Source: Enterobacter phage ZX14. Taken from it: a DNA stretch of 64,000 nucleotides. The translations under genes and the position numbers were made by a program. Below are positions 60,997 through 64,000 of the stretch, one piece after another. Positions within the stretch are counted from its first letter, which is position 1; each line of letters starts with the position of its first letter. The stretch is taken from sequence record PP236086.1, one strand, 5' to 3'. The notes under the pieces were generated by a model that did no database searches, was not told the DNA's origin, and was given only the letters and a program-made list of their open reading frames with translations.

Positions 60997-63702
60997 TTAG
61001 AAATCGAACATATCGAACAGACTTGCTTTCTTTTCATAGTCAATTTTAGCTGCATCGGTGAAAGCAGTTAAAGGTTTGACGAATGTTTTCTGGAACAACG
61101 TGTTGTAGTCCATCCAAGCCAGAACTTGGTCACGAATCTGAATTGGTAGTTCAATTCCTGAAGGCCATGCAATAGACGTTTCACCAAATGGGTTACCTTC
61201 ACGAAGTGGAAGAGTATAAACCTTTTCACCATCTACAATTTGTGGAACGGTGAGGTCGCCTTTGGTTGCTCGCATATAAGCTAGAACACCTTTGATATGG
61301 CCAGGGCATTTATAACCTGGGAAACCATTATCATTATACTTCTGAATGTTGTTCGCTGAAGATACACCTGCGATGCTGATATAATTCAGTTCATTGAATT
61401 CTTTGTTGAACTCTTTGAAATATTCTTGCAGACTTCCTTCACCTTCTTGAAGCATACGACGAATACATTCTTTTAGTGCTTTCTGAACAGCTTTTGGAGT
61501 ACTTGATTTCTGAGTTTCAAGTCCCATGATTTTCAGTTTTGGTTCAACGAAACGAGTACCTTCCATGTCCCATACGTTCAGGGCATATCGTTTCTTGCCG
61601 GTCCAGAAACCACCAATACCATCAGAACCAAGTGGTGGTCCTGCGATAGCTTCTCGGTCCATGAACATCAAATGTTCTCTGTTGTTCATGTATTCACACA
61701 TTTCACGGAAGCCAGCATCAATAGCAGGTTCCATACGTTCACGTGCGAACTTATCTAAGAAGTCTACATAATGGTTCGTGTCGCGGAATTTTTCCATTCC
61801 TACTTTCTCAAGGATTTTATCAGCCTTCACATAAATGGAGTCAGTATCACCATAAAGTACGAATGCTTCATTTTCTGTACCAAGAGTTTTGTTCAGATAT
61901 TCATTAACCTTACGTTCAATCCACTGCAATGCCATCTGACCAAAGGTTGTGATAGCCGTAGCATTTCGAAGGTCGTAATAACGGAACCATACGTTACCAA
62001 GTGCACCATAAAGTGAGTTGATAAGCAACTTACGGTTAATCTGAGCAGTGTTACCTGCAACTTCACAACGTTCTGCTTTGAACAACATTGATTCTAATGC
62101 TTTCTGACTTAATTCGTGAAGTTTAGATTTAACTTCATCATTGAAGTCGAAACGGTAATCAACTTCAAATTCAGGCTTATCACCTTTAGTCGTTTTCTTA
62201 GCTTCTTTAATAAGTTCTTGGTTACGCTGAGCAGCCAGCATATAACCTTTATGCTCTTTACGCTGTTTAAAGACCTTAGTGATTTCAACCGGAACTACGC
62301 CTTGGAAGCTCTTATCGTACATCATACCATTTGGAGAACATGAATACACATCAGATGGGCGTGGAGCTGTACCAGCGATATATTCAGCCAATGGATGTAC
62401 TTTGAACTGACCAACTAATGTTTCTGGGCTGATATTAACTTGACGAATGATACTTGGGTACAGAGATGTCAAGTCAAAGCTCATTACATATTTGTAGGCA
62501 TTCGGAATCGGTTCTTTAACAAATGCACCAGGATAAGGCAGAACTGGGTGTGACTGCATTTGTGGAATAACTTTCTTCTGGTCTTTAAGTGAGTTAAAGA
62601 TGATTGCGTCCCATGTTTTGATAGGACTAAACACAGATTGAATCTGCATCTTCGCATAATAACCCATTGACAAGCTCAGGTTAATGAACTGTCGTTTCAT
62701 ATCAATTTGAATAACACGATAAACGTCGATAATGTTATAACTGATATAACGTTGGTGGTTAGTTTCACGCAACTTAGAAATAGGACCATCATATGGCAGT
62801 TTACCGACCTTCAATTCAAATTCAGAGACATAGTCTAAAGAATAAGATGGCTGGTTGGTGAAACTAAATTTCTTGTACAGGTCAATATAATCCAGCATAC
62901 TGATACCGTACAGTTGGATAATCTGACGGGCGCCACCATACATACTTTCAACTTCTTTAATACGAACACGACGGTGAGGAGACAGACGTTTAGCGGTCTT
63001 TTCACTGAAGATATTCTTCAAACGGTTATACACGTACGGCACGTCAAATGCCTCAACGTTCCAACCTGTTAAAACAACAGGAGTTTTCTGTTCCCAAAGG
63101 TTCAGATATTCCAGAAGAAGTTCTTTTTCATCATCGAATGGCATATAGACAATTTTATCTGCGATTTCTTCAGGCAGAGCATCACCACCTTCTTCTTCAA
63201 GTTTGCGAGCCAGTTTCAATGACCATTCTTTGACATTACCATATGGACCACCTAAAAGGTCAAACACATAGAACTTATCATCGATAGAATCATAATGGGT
63301 AATCGCATCGATTGGATGCTTAGCTTCAGCCGGTTCAGGGAACCCGTCAGGAGATGTTACCTCGATGTCAAAGTTTGCTACACGAATTTTAGTCTGGTCG
63401 TAATGGATTTCACCACGATAAGTGTCGCTGATATAAGCCAACTTATAATCGTCCATGCCTAGTGCTTCAAGACCCATGTCGTCCATACGACGCATCCAAT
63501 CTTTAGCATCACGCATGCCTGGGAAAGTTTTCTTGACACAATATTTGCCATAGATATCTTTATATTCTGTAGGCTCATTAGAGTGCATGAACATACATGG
63601 AGCATAAGTTACTTCACGAACTTGTTCGCGACCATTACTATCGATATAACGTTCGAAGATACTGTCACCGAATTGTTCGACTGTCAAATAAAATTCTTGC
63701 AT
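60997..63702 (-). CDS. 43: DNA polymerase gp43 (family B)
   Basis: 901 aa. Exo motifs (FDIE…), SLYPSII, YGDTDS. Near-identical blocks to T4 gp43. Confidence 0.95.
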   Translation of the reverse strand: MQEFYLTVEQFGDSIFERYIDSNGREQVREVTYAPCMFMHSNEPTEYKDIYGKYCVKKTFPGMRDAKDWMRRMDDMGLEALGMDDYKLAYISDTYRGEIHYDQTKIRVANFDIEVTSPDGFPEPAEAKHPIDAITHYDSIDDKFYVFDLLGGPYGNVKEWSLKLARKLEEEGGDALPEEIADKIVYMPFDDEKELLLEYLNLWEQKTPVVLTGWNVEAFDVPYVYNRLKNIFSEKTAKRLSPHRRVRIKEVESMYGGARQIIQLYGISMLDYIDLYKKFSFTNQPSYSLDYVSEFELKVGKLPYDGPISKLRETNHQRYISYNIIDVYRVIQIDMKRQFINLSLSMGYYAKMQIQSVFSPIKTWDAIIFNSLKDQKKVIPQMQSHPVLPYPGAFVKEPIPNAYKYVMSFDLTSLYPSIIRQVNISPETLVGQFKVHPLAEYIAGTAPRPSDVYSCSPNGMMYDKSFQGVVPVEITKVFKQRKEHKGYMLAAQRNQELIKEAKKTTKGDKPEFEVDYRFDFNDEVKSKLHELSQKALESMLFKAERCEVAGNTAQINRKLLINSLYGALGNVWFRYYDLRNATAITTFGQMALQWIERKVNEYLNKTLGTENEAFVLYGDTDSIYVKADKILEKVGMEKFRDTNHYVDFLDKFARERMEPAIDAGFREMCEYMNNREHLMFMDREAIAGPPLGSDGIGGFWTGKKRYALNVWDMEGTRFVEPKLKIMGLETQKSSTPKAVQKALKECIRRMLQEGEGSLQEYFKEFNKEFNELNYISIAGVSSANNIQKYNDNGFPGYKCPGHIKGVLAYMRATKGDLTVPQIVDGEKVYTLPLREGNPFGETSIAWPSGIELPIQIRDQVLAWMDYNTLFQKTFVKPLTAFTDAAKIDYEKKASLFDMFDF

Positions 63703-63761
63703 TGTTTTTCCTTTTGGTTTATAGTCCGAGTGATTGGACTGTTGGTACTGCCATTATACTC

Positions 63762-63783
63762 CGAAAAGGAGCCCGTAGGCTCC
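63762..63783 (-). terminator. hairpin terminator / operator upstream of gene 43
   Basis: GGAGCCTACGGGCTCC followed by TTTTCGG, within the gene 43 leader. Confidence 0.45.
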
Positions 63784-63789
63784 TATTGC

Positions 63790-63953
63790 TATACTACGAC
63801 AACTTCATTAGTGATTTTGTTTCCACGTTTAACAAAAACTGTTATAGCTGTGCCTTCTTTAACACCTTCAAATACCGCTTGTTGAATTTGGTATGTGATT
63901 TGCTCATCGGGTGTAAGGTCGAACAATGTTTTACCTTTTGGAACTTCAATCAT
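63790..63953 (-). CDS. hypothetical small protein upstream of 43 (54 aa)
   Basis: MIEVPKGKTLFDLTPDEQITYQIQQAVFEG…. It is in the regA position, but it is shorter than T4 RegA (122 aa) and I see no match beyond MIE. Confidence 0.25.
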
Positions 63954-64000
63954 ATTAGTTACCTATTGTGTATTTTGATTTCAGTGTCCATTCATGTTTT

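Noticed and set aside
63790-63953. Calling the 54-aa ORF upstream of gene 43 regA
   Set aside because: Only the first three residues (MIE) match T4 RegA, and the ORF is less than half its length. Left as hypothetical.
1-64000. CRISPR arrays, tRNA genes, group I introns and integrase or attachment sites
   Set aside because: No direct-repeat/spacer arrays, no tRNA-like cloverleaf segments in intergenic gaps, no intron interruptions in td or nrdB, and no integrase motifs. The window is virulent-phage backbone throughout.

Overview
This window is a contiguous stretch of a T-even (T4-like, Tevenvirinae) phage genome. It is collinear with T4 from denA to gene 43 and in the same orientation as the T4 map. 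The order is denA-nrdB-nrdA-td-frd-32-(seg-like)-59-33-dsbA-rnh on the minus strand, then the late tail-fibre block 34-35-36-37-38-t on the plus strand, then asiA-motA-52-ndd-rIIB-rIIA-39-dexA-dda-mod-soc-56-61-sp-41-40-uvsX-42-43 on the minus strand. The core genes are recognised by direct protein similarity to their T4 counterparts. No tRNA genes, CRISPR arrays or group I introns were seen. td and nrdB are uninterrupted, and gene 39 is a single 613-aa ORF covering T4 39+60.

The early regions are punctuated by a family of at least 13 near-identical minus-strand early promoters, with GTTTAC(A) at -35, an 18-nt spacer and a TAYTAT-like -10. There are also UUCG-tetraloop hairpin terminators and a few TATAAATA late promoters.

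The most notable content is in the accessory regions:
- Next to soc there is a second Soc-domain protein fused to a C-terminal extension of about 430 aa that carries an SGNH/GDSL hydrolase. It has its own putative late promoter and is flanked by identical terminators. I read it as a possible capsid-displayed enzyme.
- The T4 beta-gt/imm locus between uvsX and 43 is replaced by a sugar-nucleotide cassette: a P-loop kinase, a 299-aa candidate transferase, gp42 hmC synthase, a HAD phosphatase, a nucleotidyltransferase+kinase fusion and a SIS isomerase. This is consistent with arabinose-type hmC hypermodification rather than glucosylation. A lipoprotein follows it.
- The tail fibre is T2-type: gp37 has a C-terminal S74-like intramolecular chaperone, and gp38 is an adhesin with a (GGTGGC)4 glycine-repeat tract.
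- Smaller items: a two-gene insertion between td and frd; a seg-like GIY-YIG endonuclease between 32 and 59; a single mod-type ADP-ribosyltransferase; a small H-Y-E ART-like ORF next to gene 41; numerous translationally coupled small membrane and zinc-ribbon ORFs; and a late-promoter-driven plus-strand membrane ORF lying antisense to the end of gene 61.

Coordinates of small ORFs and regulatory elements were derived by eye and may be off by a few nucleotides.
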